Shown: piece by piece, positions 46,801-63,694 of the stretch
Layout of the letters: every line of letters starts with the position of its first letter
Position numbering within the stretch: position 1 is the first letter of the stretch
NCBI RefSeq assembly: GCF_009914755.1
Contig: NC_060931.1
Length of the DNA: 64,000 nucleotides
Source of the DNA: the human T2T-CHM13v2.0 reference genome, Homo sapiens
Reading direction: 5' to 3' (one strand)
Program-made: the position numbers and the translations under genes
Notes under the pieces: generated by a model
Database searches by the model: none
Told to the model about the DNA's origin: nothing
What the model saw: the letters and a program-made list of their open reading frames with translations, nothing else

Positions 46801-48600
46801 TTGATAGAATTTTTCTTTCAGAACACTAAACATTTCTTCTCATTACCTCTTGAGCTTCATGATTTTCGATAAGACTCATCTGTTGATGTTATCGAGAACT
46901 CACATTGTTTGTATGTGATGAGTTTCTTCACTCTTGCTGCTTTCAAATTATTTATATTTGGCTTTAAACAGTTTGGGAATTTTTAGTTCATTATTTCTTC
47001 AAATATTCTTTCTGTTCTTTTCTCCTTTCTCTCTTTTTGAATTTTCATTGTGAGTACATTGCTATGCTTGATGATTTTCCACAGTTTTCTAAGTCTCTGT
47101 ACAGTTTTTCATTATTTTCTCTTTCTGTTGCTCAGACTGAAAATTCTCAATGTATCTGTCTTGAAGTTAACTAGTTCTTTCTTCTGCTAGTTCAAATCTG
47201 CTACTGAGCCCCTCTCTAAACTTTGTATTATGGTTATTGTATTTTTGATCTTGAGAATATATTTTTGACTCTTTTTTCTAAAATTCATATATTTTTATTA
47301 TTATCTTCTGTTTGTCAAGACATTATTTTTGTACTTTCTTTAATTCTTTAGATATGGTTTCCTTTGGTTCTTTGGACATATTTATAACAGCTGGTTTAAA
47401 GCTGTTGTCTAGTAAGTCCAATATCTGTGCTTCATCAGGAACAGTTTCTGTTGACTGAATTTTACTCTGTTTGGGCCATGCTTTCCTATTTTTTTGCATA
47501 AATAATAATTTATTGTTGAAAATTGGATATTCAAAATAATATAATGCACCAACTCTAGAAGTCATTCTTCCTCCTCTGCAGAGTTTGTTCTTGTTTGGTG
47601 TTGTTGTTAGTTCATTGAGTATCTTTCCTGGACTAGTTTGTTTAGTATCTTTCTTGGACTTATTTAAAGTCTTTATGCTTTGTTGTGTATGGCTGCTAAC
47701 GACTCTGATCAGTCAGCCTAATTGTCGGCCAATGCTTGGACACAGATTTCCTTACATTCTTTGAATCACTAAGTTTCCCAGCCTTCCATGAGGGCCTTTT
47801 TGTATAAACTGTGCACACATTAAATGATATGGCAGGCAGTTTACAACTGCCTTAGCCTTCATGTGCTACTTACACAGAGCCTAAGGTGTAGCAAGAGATG
47901 AGAAATTAGGGTTTTCTCACATCTTTTCTGGGCACATGCACAATTCTTCATATGCATGTGGCTTCCAAGACTCCCATTTATATATTGGAGTATTCGAAAA
48001 CCTCCTACAAATATCACATTCCAAAGTTTTTCCTTTTAGATTGTTTTTAGCCTGTCTCTCATTATCTCTATTTGGTGATGCCCCCTCAGGCAGCTGTGAT
48101 ACTAAACAATTGTTAGTGATTGTTTTCAGCAAATTTCCCTAAGGATGGGACAGACTGAACTCTAAGTCAGGTCAAATTTTAAAAGTCCTGACAATGGAGT
48201 TTTTTAGGAAGCTTCCTGATAGGTCAAATTATGACAGTTCTCTGAGGACAAGGTTTTGGGAAAGCTCCAAACCAATTCTGTCCCTCTACCATGAATGCTA
48301 AGATGCTCATTTTCACAGTTACTATAGTTGTGAAGCTGATAATATTCAAGCATATCATGCAGATCTCAGAAAACAGATATAGGAAGAATTAGGGAATGTT
48401 AAAATGGCACAAAACTCACTGTTCTCTCTGGAATTCAGCCATGTTTCCTGGATAAATACTCCTCAAATTGCTGTAAGTTTTACTAGTTCTGAAAAAGTTG
48501 ATTTTGACATTTTTATTTATTTATTTTTTTGCCAGTGTTCTCATAGTTTAATGGAGGATTGGATTTTTGGTGGTTCTTACTCTGCCATTCTGAAAATGTG
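43852..48600 (-). mobile_element. Old near-full-length L1M (L1MB-like) with internal deletions
   Basis: ORF2 remnants (GFIPRIQGWFN), ORF1 remnant (PDEAQILDLLD), and an L1M-type 5' end near 48595. Confidence 0.85.
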
Positions 48601-48938
48601 ATCTCGCTTTCTTATTGTTGTTGTTTTCTAAATTTATTCTCATTTTGGTGAACAAAATGAAAAAATCTTCCCAATTGAAAACACTGAGAATAAAAATATT
48701 TCTTTAAAATGTAGGTAATTATAAAACTTTTTATGAAACAATAAGAGTATGCATTTTTAAGTATGTAAAAGATTCTATTAGCAAGTTTATTTAGCTGCTG
48801 CTAGATAAGGGGAAGGGTGTGGGAATTTCTAAGAGGTGCAGACATTTTAGTCCACATTTCTCTTAGTTGAACTCCTCCATTATATAAATATTAATATTTA
48901 TTAAGGCACTTGACAAGTATCTGAGGACTAGAAATAAA

Positions 48939-49043
48939 AGAGTTATTTGTTAATAAAGAAAATTAATCAGATATACTCTACCATTTCCCTCAGAGTTCTT
49001 TGTTAATAAAGAAAATTAATCAGATATACTCTACCATTTCCCT
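48939..49043. repeat. 53-bp tandem duplication
   Basis: AGAGTT(A/C)TTTGTTAATAAAG...CCATTTCCCT twice, one mismatch. Confidence 0.95.
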
Positions 49044-49552
49044 TCATAAATAAAAAGAAAAGAAAAATAATTACTTGATTCCAAGGAATTTGCAATTTCA
49101 GAATAGTTTCCTCAATAGACAGCAGTTCAATAAAAAATCTAAGAACTTTGACAGAATATTCAAGAGTGAAAGGCTGCATTCAAATTAAATATATTCATTT
49201 AGAGTCAAATTCTGAGACATCCTTACTGATAAAATGGAAGGTTGCTTTCCTTCTGTCTGCATAGATAAATATTGGATGAGTTCTGATTGTTCATCCATGA
49301 AGGAATAAGATGTTTTTAAGATTTCTTAAAATCATTCCTGTAGTCACCATTCACCATTAACATAGATTCAGTGTTATACATTGAAGGCTTTGCAATGTTT
49401 ACATAAGTATTTTATAATGAATATAAAATTATAAACATAAGTTTATGGAGCATTTAACAAATGTTTAGTTGAGGCTTTTATAATGAGTCAGTGTAAGGCA
49501 GTTAATAGATACTCATGTGTTATATGTTACTCAAGTGATTAAAAGTGGAAGA

Positions 49553-51985
49553 TTCTAGGAATTTTATGGTTTTAGGTCCTACGTTTAAGTATTTAATTCA
49601 TCTTGAGTTAATTTTTGTATAAGGTGTAAGGAAGGGGTCCAGTTTCAGTTTTCTGCAAACAGCTAGCCAGTTTTCCCAACACCATTTATTAAATAGGGAA
49701 TCCTTTCCCCATTGCTTGTTTTTGTCAGGTTTGTCAAAGATCAGATGGTTGTAGATGTGTGGTGTTATTTCTGAGGCCTCTGTTATGTTCCATTGGTCTA
49801 TATATCTGTTTTGGTACCAGTGCCATGCTGTTTTGGTTACTGTACACTTGTAGTATAGTTTGAAGTCCAGTAGCGTGATGCCTCCAGCTTTGTTCTTTTG
49901 GATTAGGATTATTTTTACTATGCAGCCTTATTGGTTCCATACTAAATGTAAAGTAGTTTTCTCCAGTTCTGTGAAGAAAGTCATTGGTAGCTTGATAGGG
50001 ATAGCATTGAAACTATAAATTACTTTGGGCAGTATGGCCATTTTCATGATATTGATTCTTCCTATCCATGAGCATGGAATGTTTTTCCATTTGTTTGTAT
50101 CCTCTCTTATTTCCTTGAGCAATAGTTAGTAGTTCTCCTTGACGAACTACAACCCCTTGAAGAGGACCTTCATATCCCTTGTAAGTTGTATTCCTAGGTA
50201 TTTTATTCTCTTTGTAGTAATTGTGAATGGGAATTCACTCATGATTTGGCCCTCTGTTTGTCTGTTAATGGTGTATAGGAATGCTTGTGATTTTTGCACA
50301 TTGATTTTGTATCCTGAGAATTTACTGAAGTTGCTTATCAGCATAGGGAGATTTGGGGCTGAGATTATGGGATTTTCTAAATATACAATCATGTCATCTG
50401 CAAACAGAGACAATTTGACTTCCTCTTTTCCTATTTGAATACTTTATTTCTTTCTCTTGCCTGATTGCCCTGGCCAGAACGTCCAATAATATGTTGAATA
50501 GGAGTGATGAGAGAGGGCATCCTTGTCTTGTGCTGGTTTTCAAAGAGAATACTTCCAGCTTTTGCCTATTCAGTATGATATTGGCTGTGGGTTTGTCATA
50601 AATAGCTCTTATTATTTTGAGATATGTTCCATCAGTACCTAGTTTATTGAGAGTTTTCAGCATGAAGTGGTGTTAAATTTTGTTGAAGGCCTTTTCTGCA
50701 TGTATTGAGATAATCATGTGTTTTTTGTCATTGGTCCTGTTTATGTGATGGATTATGTTTATTGATTTGTGTATATTGAACCAGCCTTGCATTTCTGGGA
50801 AAACTCAAGCAATACCATTCAGGACATAGGCATGGGCAAAGACTTCATGACTGAAACATCAAAAGCAATGGCAACAAAAGCCAAAGTTGACAAAGGGGAT
50901 ATAATTAAACTAAAGAGTTTCTCTAAAGAAAAAGAAACTCTCATCAGAGTGAGCAGGCAACCTACAGAATGGGAGAAAAAAATTTTCCAATCTATCCATC
51001 TGACAGAATCTAATGTATCCAGAATCTACAAAGAACTTAAACAAGTTTACAAGAAAAAGACAAACAACCCCATCAAAAAAATGGGCAAAGGATATGAACA
51101 GACACTTCTCAGAAGACGACATTTATGCAGCCAACAAACATATGAAAAAAAGCTCATAATCACTGGTAATTAGAGAAATGCAAATCAAAACCACAATGAG
51201 GTACCATCTCACACCAGTTAAAATGGTGATCATTAGAAAGTCAGGAAACAACAGATGCTGGAGAGGATGGAGAGAAATATGAACGTTTTTACACTGGTAG
51301 TAGGAGTGTAAATTAGTTCAACCATTGTGGAAGACAGTGTGGTGATTCCTCAAGGATCTAGAACCAGAAATACCATTTGACCTAGCAATCCCATTACTGG
51401 GTATATACCCAAAAGATTATAAATCATGCTACTATAAAGACACATGCACACGTATCTTTATTGCAGCACTGTTTACAATAGCAAAGACTTTGAACCGACC
51501 CAAATGTCCATCAAAAAAAAAGACTGGATAAAGAAAATGTGGCACATATACACCATGGAATACTATGCAACCAAATAAAAGGATGAGTTCATGTCTTTTG
51601 CAGGAACATGGATGAAGCTGGAAACCCTCATTCTCAGCAAACTAACCCTCATTCTCAGCAAACTAAACCCTCATTCTCAGCAAACGAACACAGAAAAACA
51701 ACCACTCCATGTTCTCATACATAAGTGGGAGCTGAACAATGAGAACACATGGTCACAGGGAAGGGAACATCACACACTGGGGCCTGTCAGAAGGTGAGGG
51801 GCTAGAGGAGGGACAGCATTAGGAGAAATACCTAATGTAGATGATGGGTTGATGTGTGCAGGAAACCACCATGGCACGTGTATACCTATGTAAGGTATAC
51901 CTATACATGTGCACATTCTGCACATGTATCCCAGAACTTAAAGTATAATAAAAAAAAAGAAAATTACATCTACATAAAAAAATTA
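49553..51985 (+). mobile_element. 5'-truncated, 5'-inverted L1PA7-like element (49553-50798 minus; 50799-51958 plus)
   Basis: The two arms are contiguous in L1 coordinates; A tail; TSD AAAA(G/A)T(G/A)GAAGATT at 49541-49554 and 51986-51999. Confidence 0.95.
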
Positions 51986-52579
51986 AAAAATAGAAGATTT
52001 TTATGCCAGAGAATCAATTGCATTTTCCCCTTTAAGAAAACTGTATTTATTTAATATTACTTAAAACAACTCAAATTTATAGCTGATATTTTTCATGTTC
52101 AATCTATTCAGTATTTTGTCTATTATGCAAAAGGAATAATTAATTATGTAATTGCATAGGTAATACCTACAGCTGTTAATAATATTCTATTATTAATAAT
52201 AGATAACTATTTTCTTTCTCCTCACAAAATTATTTAACCTGGATTTATATTCTTTTATTTCATCTGTATTTTACTTGATTTTTATAAAAATGTCTCTCCA
52301 TAATATAATATACCATAATTTGTAACTGGAAATAATGGGTAGTGACACTATTCTTCAACCATTTAAGAAAAGATGGATCCTGAGGAATGTCATATAGTTA
52401 GTTTATAATGTAATAATTTCTTGACTGATGAAACATCCCACAGAATATTAGCTGATTTGCTTAGAACATTTTCTTAAAGCTTTCATAGACATGAGACAAG
52501 GAAATCTGAATTCGTAGCTCATGCGACATGTATACACAAAGGAATGAATTAAATTAAGTACACGCAACCTAAATTTAAA

Positions 52580-52641
52580 ATCATTTGTGGTTAGACAGGA
52601 AATTACAGCTATCATTTGTGGTTAGACAGGAAATTACAGCT
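52580..52641. repeat. Perfect 31-bp tandem duplication
   Basis: ATCATTTGTGGTTAGACAGGAAATTACAGCT twice. Confidence 0.98.
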
Positions 52642-53587
52642 GATAGATGACAATGCCATAATTGTGTGTTTAAGCCTTCTGTCACAGAAATAAAAACTTT
52701 CTTCTTTATTTGAGAAAGAATTTAAACCTACATAGTGAGTTATATCCATGGTATCTGTGGACCACATCAAAATTGTATTGAAGGTGAATTCTGATAGTGT
52801 ATTAAATATTGGGTGAATTTCATCCCTCACACTATGACCACTTCCGTGATTTATCACACACTGTTCCCACAACAGTGTACAGCTCAGCACCTAGTTTGTC
52901 TTCTTACTGCAGTTCCATTATGGTATTAAGATTTAAGAGCCTTTTTTTTTTCCTTTATAAAACTCTTAGATCTTCCTTTTTCATTACACCTTAGTGCTGC
53001 GAAGTTTAAAAGATATTATTACCTCTTATCTTCTTCTCCTAGGTTCTCTTATTCAGCATTTATTCACAGTGGACCACATTTGCTAACTCTTATCCTTGGT
53101 TCTCAGAGTTTCCAAGATTTTTCAGTGTTGATTACGTTGTCTCTCAAGCTCCTTATGACTGAAAGTAAATTCCTCTTGAAGCTTGTTGCCCTCCCACCCC
53201 ACCAACAGAAAGAATAAAGCAGTCTTCCCCTAAAAGAAATCTCACATTTCAATAGTCTATGAAACGTCACACCAAGCATCATAACTCTTTCAGAGAAATA
53301 TTTTCGATACAAACACAATTCAACTAAAACAGAATTTTTGTATTGGCAAGATTTTAACCATTGATGCATATTATTTCTGAGGCTAAGCAAACTGAACAAT
53401 CAGGAATTATTATACTGTTACTAATGCATAACATAGAATTGATTTCTTACTATAAGCAGTTGTGATAACAGGAATTAGCCTTTAAAAGATATTAGATTTA
53501 ATAGGTTAAATAGATAATGGGATATTATGTTTTAAATACTATTTTACACATCTTTCTTTAAAAAAAGTCTCTTAGAATCCTGTAAAC

Positions 53588-53915
53588 TAGAGGTAGGAAA
53601 ATGTTTTCTGCCAAGGGCTAAACAGTAAGTCCTTCAGGTTTTGAGAGCCATATGGTCTCTGTGGTAGCCACTGAACTCTGCCACTGTAGCAGCCATGGAC
53701 GATACACAGATGAATGGACATGGCTATGTTCCAATAAAACTTTATTTATGAACACCAAATTTGAATGTTACGTAATTTTTTATGTCACAATACAGTATTC
53801 TTCTTTTGAAATTTTCCAACCATTTAAAAATGTGAAAACCACAGTCAGTGCATGGGCCACAGAAAAACAAGCAGAAGGCCATATTTGACTCATGGACCAT
53901 AGTTTGCTGATTCTG
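53588..53915 (+). mobile_element. MER58B hAT-Charlie element
   Basis: GTTCCAATAAAACTTTATTTATG; CCATAGTTTGCTGA; 8-bp TSD (C/T)TGTAAAC. Confidence 0.9.
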
Positions 53916-55295
53916 TTGTAAACCATGGTACTAAATTTTATTTCCTTAGTAGCCTTTGATACATGCTATACACTATGCTAACCAGAAGAAAAAGAAGCTC
54001 ATTCATGATTCACTAGGAGGAATGAAATTTTACTGGATTTTTCAGAAGTTCCACATTTTTTGTTAACATACATTGCATTTCTCTCAGTAATAAAAGAGGA
54101 AAGAAAAAGTCAGATTCTAAGCTATTATGAAATTCAGCTAAGCGTTTAATCTAATAATGCAAGTTAAAATTTTTAGTGTAGTTAAATAATTGAGGTTTGG
54201 CTCCAACAGGGCTTTGTTGGATTGATTTACTAATTGGTATGCCCTGTGAAGTTCCTAAAACATATTCATTTTCAGAACATCTGACATAACTATAATGTAT
54301 CTGTCATCAGTTCCAAGGATAAAGTTCTTGAATAATCCTATGATTTTGATATTAAAAACCTTGAGTTCCAATGGGAAAAATAGGTTTGAAAGACCAAACA
54401 AACCTATAGAAATGATTAAGTTTTTAACTTGGCCCCAGATAAATCAATAGCAATATCAACAACAACAAAAGACATACCAATGCTATTTAGGCATCTTAAA
54501 TGGGTTGTTATGAATTGAGGGCTATTAACTTCCATATACAATTTATTTCTAGGAAATCTTTCAGAATTTCCCCAATCTCTAATTTTAACCAGATGCTTAT
54601 GAACAAATTTTAGGTTGCTACAGATAGTACATAAACCAATAATTATTTTCTTTTTGGCTTTGTATACAAATTCTCAGTGCATTTCTGATTTTAAATCAGA
54701 AGGTCATGTCTGATTCCTAAGGCCTATGTATACCCAGCCTTATTTTTATCTCTTTTCAGGCTAGGCATCACTACATCAACCCCTAATGTCTTCAGCCACT
54801 CCTCTTACCTCCTTTTCTAACCTTTTCCAGTCTCTTTTTGTAGTTTTCTGTATCAAGTGTGACCCACAATTTACTTACATTAAAAACAAAACTTTCACAG
54901 TTGACTTCAAGTTACATAGAAATAAATTTATGAATACAGAAAACTCATAGTTGGCAAAAGATTATTATGTCTTTAGATCAGGTATTATAAATAATTTTTT
55001 TAGTTAAATGTTTGAGGTGCTCTAACCCTAAGATTTTATAAATGAGGCAACTAAGGCCCTGTTCCTTCAATGGCTTATTCTGGAATTGACATAAAATATA
55101 CAGAGCTGATTATCAGCTCTATTAAAAAAAAAAAAAGAATGACTCATGCTGGGAGAAGCTCAGTTCTGAGAAACTGAGTCCTAGGCTCAGAGTAACTAGC
55201 AGTAATACCCAGAGGCACAATGTCAGAAGCATTCAAAAAGAAGACCTATCTGATGCAGAACCCAAAATAAAGAGTGAAATTCTTTAGCATATATA

Positions 55296-57929
<2,634 letters not shown>

Positions 57930-57991
57930 TACCTTTTCAGGATGTTGAAAAGGTCCAGAGCAGGGGGCAGGGCTGTGCCTGAGGATGGAAG

Positions 57992-58518
57992 TGTGCTATT
58001 TATGCACTGAGGCCTCCCCATAACCATTATCCTTTTCCTGGCCCTGCACTGTGCTGTAGGAGCCTGACCTCTGAATATGGTGTTGCTGGGAGGCATTGCT
58101 GGGAAGCATTGCTGGGATTCTCGTGTCCTGTAGCTTCAATTAAATTAGACCAATGCGAAGTAGGCAATGAGAATGAGGGAAGAAAGAGGTCAGGGTAGTT
58201 ATTCCCCAGTGCCCTCCCAGTAAGAAGGAAGTTTTGGCAGTAGGTGTGTTCTTCTACCTATAGCCACAAATCCAGCCAAGAAGCCACACTACGATGACCA
58301 TTCCTAGCTCTGCTCCCTGCCATGCCCCTTCAAGTGCCTTGTGTACAGCTTCCTTCTATTGCTAGTCCCTGGGTGCATCACCAGCCTGAGTTCATTGTCA
58401 TATGCACACATCATGGCCTAATCCTGCCTACAACTTTACAAAGAGCATTTCCTTCTTTTAACTCTAAATTACTCCTTTGGGTGCATCATCTGCTTCCTCT
58501 GAAGTTCTGATGAATACA
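57992..58518 (+). mobile_element. LTR33-family ERVL LTR
   Basis: GAGGTCAGGGTAGTTATTCCCC; TGCTAGTCCCTGGGTGC; terminal CATCTGCTTCCT...GAATACA. Confidence 0.7.
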
Positions 58519-59032
58519 CAGAACAAACATTTAGACCTGCCAATGTTATAATGTTTTCAAGAATTTAAAACCTTCAAGATCCTGATAGTATCTAATATTC
58601 ATGTGATTCATGCCTTCCTTAAAAACGAGAATGAGTTACTATTAATATGATTCATCAAAATCATTTTACCTCTAAAAAACCCTAAATAAACACAGCAACT
58701 CAACTGTATCTATGCATCACTTCTGCTACCCCTTCCTCCAGAGTCCCAAGTTTACTACACTAGCAACCAAAATTGCTTTAGAATTCCCTGACAGCCAGAA
58801 ACTCCAGATGATCCCAAACTAGGGAGAACATAATTCTCTAAAAGAGACTTATTAATTAAGGGTAAAATATTGCTGTGAATTTTCTGTAAATGTTATTCGT
58901 TATCTCCCCAATGATCCTCCCAAGGTAGTAAGATTTCTTTTTGTCTGATAGTCACTAAATAAAGGCCATAAAATGACAAAGTAATCTAAAACATAAAAAT
59001 GTGTTATTATTAGTATATTTAAAATTACACTT

Positions 59033-59213
59033 ATTATTATTAGCTAATCCTCACTGAAGGCTTTCAATATGCCAGTTACTGTTTTCTATGAATTGATTCA
59101 GTGAATCCTCAAAGTCTCCTTATGATATAGGTATTACAGTTATCCCTATTATACAGATGAGGAAACTGAGACATAGACATATCAAGTAATATGCCCAAAG
59201 TCACAATTCAGTA
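59033..59213 (-). mobile_element. MIR
   Basis: Core TACAGATGAGGAAACTGAGACATAGA...TGCCCAAAGTCACA. Confidence 0.85.
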
Positions 59214-59699
59214 CAAAGAGAAACTGGCACATTTATTTCTCAGTTGTTTCCTTATCATAAAACAGAAAATATCATTGAAATTTGTACAATTTAAAGTAAT
59301 GCCTACATTTACTGTGCCATTTTTTGCTGTTACTGAAACCAACAGAGCTGGTGCTATAATGGGGGATCTGTTATGTTGAGATGTGGATCAGAATGAGAAA
59401 GGTTCCTGATGGAGGATCACATAAATCCACAGAGTTAGGACAGGCAGCCAAGAAAAAGGCAGAGAGTGGGGAACCCAGGAAGACTCTCACCCACAAGGCA
59501 GAGATAGAACCTCAGGGGTACTAAATCAAAGCAGATAACAGAGGCTAAGAGAAATAAGGTGTATCTACTGAAAGGGCTGTGGTGAAGGCCAAGAGAAGTA
59601 CTGCATATAGGAAAAACCTGCACCAGTAATCACTTAGTAAAAACTCTCAATTTCTAACTAGTTGCAGGGATGCCTAAAATCCACACTATGATGTATTAT

Positions 59700-60348
<649 letters not shown>

Positions 60349-61409
60349 ATGCATACAGCACTTAACACATTGACACTACCCATAGTATGCTACATTAATG
60401 TTAGCTCTTATTATTTTGCCATTATTAGGGCTGAGATAAAAAGCATTCATAAAAGCTCAGTTTTGCCAGTGGAGTGTGTGAGTTTGGATAACATGAGAAG
60501 AAAACTTCGGAGTGCTGAGGAGCTGGTTAGGCTACTTAAATAGACCTTTACTTAGGACTGCAATACTAATCTTTGTTCCTGTCTAAATCTTTGCAATTAA
60601 TTTTTGTATATTGTTCCAAATGCTGTCAAGAATGCTTGGGCCAGTCAAAAAACATCTAAGCAATATATTTGACATACACCATAATTAAGATTTCTCAAAA
60701 ATCTGTCTGGCAGCCAGAGCCCTGTCTGTGTTTGAGACATGAAATAAATGGACCCATAACCTTAGGGTGTTCCCAGGAGAGGAGAGAGAAAGGGGAGGGT
60801 TATTGTTCTCCCACAGTTATGCACAATGTTGTGAACAAACAAGGAATGCGCAAAGTTGCTGGCTTCTAATAACCATTTGTTTATATTTTCACTTCACATT
60901 TCACATTTTCAGTATAAAATGTAAGAGAACATATTTTTAAAAAGACCTTTACTTTTGAGCCTCCAGAGGGTAATGTCAGCATGCCAGACGTGTCTATGAA
61001 AGGAGACTTTAGGGAATGGTTAGACTGAAATAATGATGTGAACATTAAATAAATTTAAATTCAAGCTTTCCCTTTAGCGATTTCAGTTATTTAAAAGTTA
61101 AAATTAGTGCTATTTTATGGAAAATAGTTTCAAAAATCTGAGTTCCAGAGAGTACATTAAGTTCAATTTCAGGATGAGAGCAAAGTACAATGACTTATCT
61201 ATTATCCAAAAGAATACAAATATTGAGTATCATACAAAGTTCTAGGATTAAAAAAACAAAGAAATGAAATAAAAAACACCAAAGGGAAATTATTAGAGAT
61301 CTTAAATTCACCTATAAGATTTTATTCATTAGTCTAGAAGTAATAACATCAAATTCCACTGAAATTTAATATTTTCAGTAACTTTTCAAATTTTATTGTT
61401 ATTACATTA

Positions 61410-61784
61410 TTTTAATTTTTTATTTTTAACTTTTATTTTAGCTTCAGGGGTACACATGAAGGTCTGTTATATAGGTAAATTGCTTGTCATAAGGGATGGA
61501 TGTACAGATTATTTCACCACTCAGGTAATAAACATAGTACCCAATGGGTAGTTTTTTCTTCTCACCCTCCTCTCTCCCTTCACCCTTAAGTAGGTCCCAT
61601 TGTCTATTTTTCCCCTCTTTTTTCCATGTGTACTTAATGTTTAGCTCCCACTTATAAGTGAGAATATGCAGTATTTGCTTTCCTGTTCCCGTGTTAGTTC
61701 GCTTAGGATAATGGCCTCCAGCTCCATCCATGTTGATGCAAAGGATGTGATCTTGTCCTTTTTTTTGGCTGCATAGCATTCCAT
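61410..61784 (-). mobile_element. L1PA15/16-like 3' end, 5'-truncated
   Basis: SFASTWMELEAIILSEL...IFSLISGS followed by the 3'UTR and an A-rich tail. Confidence 0.88.
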
Positions 61785-63389
61785 ACCATAACTTTTAAAA
61801 TTCTTTATCAAATGGTAATATATGTTCATTTTGGAGAACTTAGAAACTATTGTTTAGCCAAACAAAGAAAGATCATGAATTAGCTATTATAAATAATTGT
61901 GTATATGTCCTTCTACACTTTTCTCTTTGCATATATGTGTGTGAACATTTTTTAGAAGAATCTTATAGTGTATGTGCTGTTTTTCTCTGTTTTGTAATTG
62001 ATCCTTCTCCTAAAACATCACTTTGAATGACTGCATATTATTCCATTTTATGCTTGTATCACAACTTATTTAAACCCTTTTGTTATAAATTAAAGTTGCT
62101 ACTTTTTTTTAGGTTTATCTGTGCTTCTTTATTATTATTTTAGTATTAGCCATAGAAGTAGAATGGTGTGGTCAAAGACAATGCAAAATCCTAAGCATCT
62201 GATTAGCATAACCAAACTGCCTACATAAATATGCCTACTAACATCAGGCCAGTAGTATGAGAGAATGTCTGTTTCATTCCACTTTCCAAACACTGATATA
62301 TCTGTGATAGACAGACAAAGAGGTAGGAAAAAATAGACATATATATATTTTAGCCAATATAATAGTGAAAAATATGTCATTGTTTCCATTCATATTTTTT
62401 AGATTTTTCAATCAGGTTAATGTACATTATATAATATATAAATATAATTTTCTTAGTCATTTCTATTTTGTAACGTGTATATCTCTTTATTCATTTTCTA
62501 CTTTTTAAAACCTTAAAATTGATTCATAACAGTGATTTATGTATCAATAATATGCTAGAATATTTTTTCCTGATTATGGTTTAAGTTAAAATTTTTTTAA
62601 AAATTATGTATATTATATTATTTGTAAGTTTACTTTTCTTTGTAATTAAATATATAGCTATTTTTCTTTTGAGCTGTTCATGTTAATTTAAGAATGCTAT
62701 TTCCATTGACTTTATAGTCATAGGTATTTTTTCTAACTTTTAGTGTCTTAGTTATTTCCAAAATATTTTAATCCATTAAATTTTATTCTGTCTATGGTAA
62801 GAGGAGGTAAAAATCTACCTTTATTTCATTAAAATAAAAGATTATCCAGTTGTTTCAGTAACACTTTTCCAATGCCTCATCTTTTTCCTACTGAGATAAA
62901 AATGCCATTTTATCATATATTAATTATGTTACATTGATTTTATGTCTAACCCTGCAACCACAGTTTTAATGGGGGTTATTGGGGCTTTAGAATATAGTTA
63001 ATATCTGACAAAGCAAAAGCTCTTTCATTAATTTTACATTATTTTAATTAATATTTTTCTTTACAAAAACATTATACTTATTTTTCAAATTTAGAAAATG
63101 AATATAAGTAAAATAAAATGAAATAACTACCACCTAGAGATAACTATGGTTAAAACTCAAGTATATGCCTTACCAGTGATTTGTCAATGCAAAGGTACTT
63201 ATCCTACCTGATTTACATTTAACATAATCAGTTACTTACTGAACATCATTATATTAAGCTTGAAGACCAGAACTAGGTGGGCTGTGCAGCTGGTTGCTTT
63301 GTTTATCCTGACTATGTGATATCACAGTGATAAAAGTAAGAAGGGCTCTACTAAAGTTAATGCTGATGGTTTTAGAAAAAGGAAAATGG

Positions 63390-63694
<305 letters not shown>

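Noticed and set aside
51959-51975. 3' extension as a transduction from the full-length L1 at 27.5 kb
   Set aside because: Only GAAAATT.C resembles that element's 3' flank; the rest does not match.
52762-52783. 19/22 match to 25234-25255 (LQYNFD in both)
   Set aside because: Short, AT-rich, and the similarity does not extend; compatible with chance in 64 kb.
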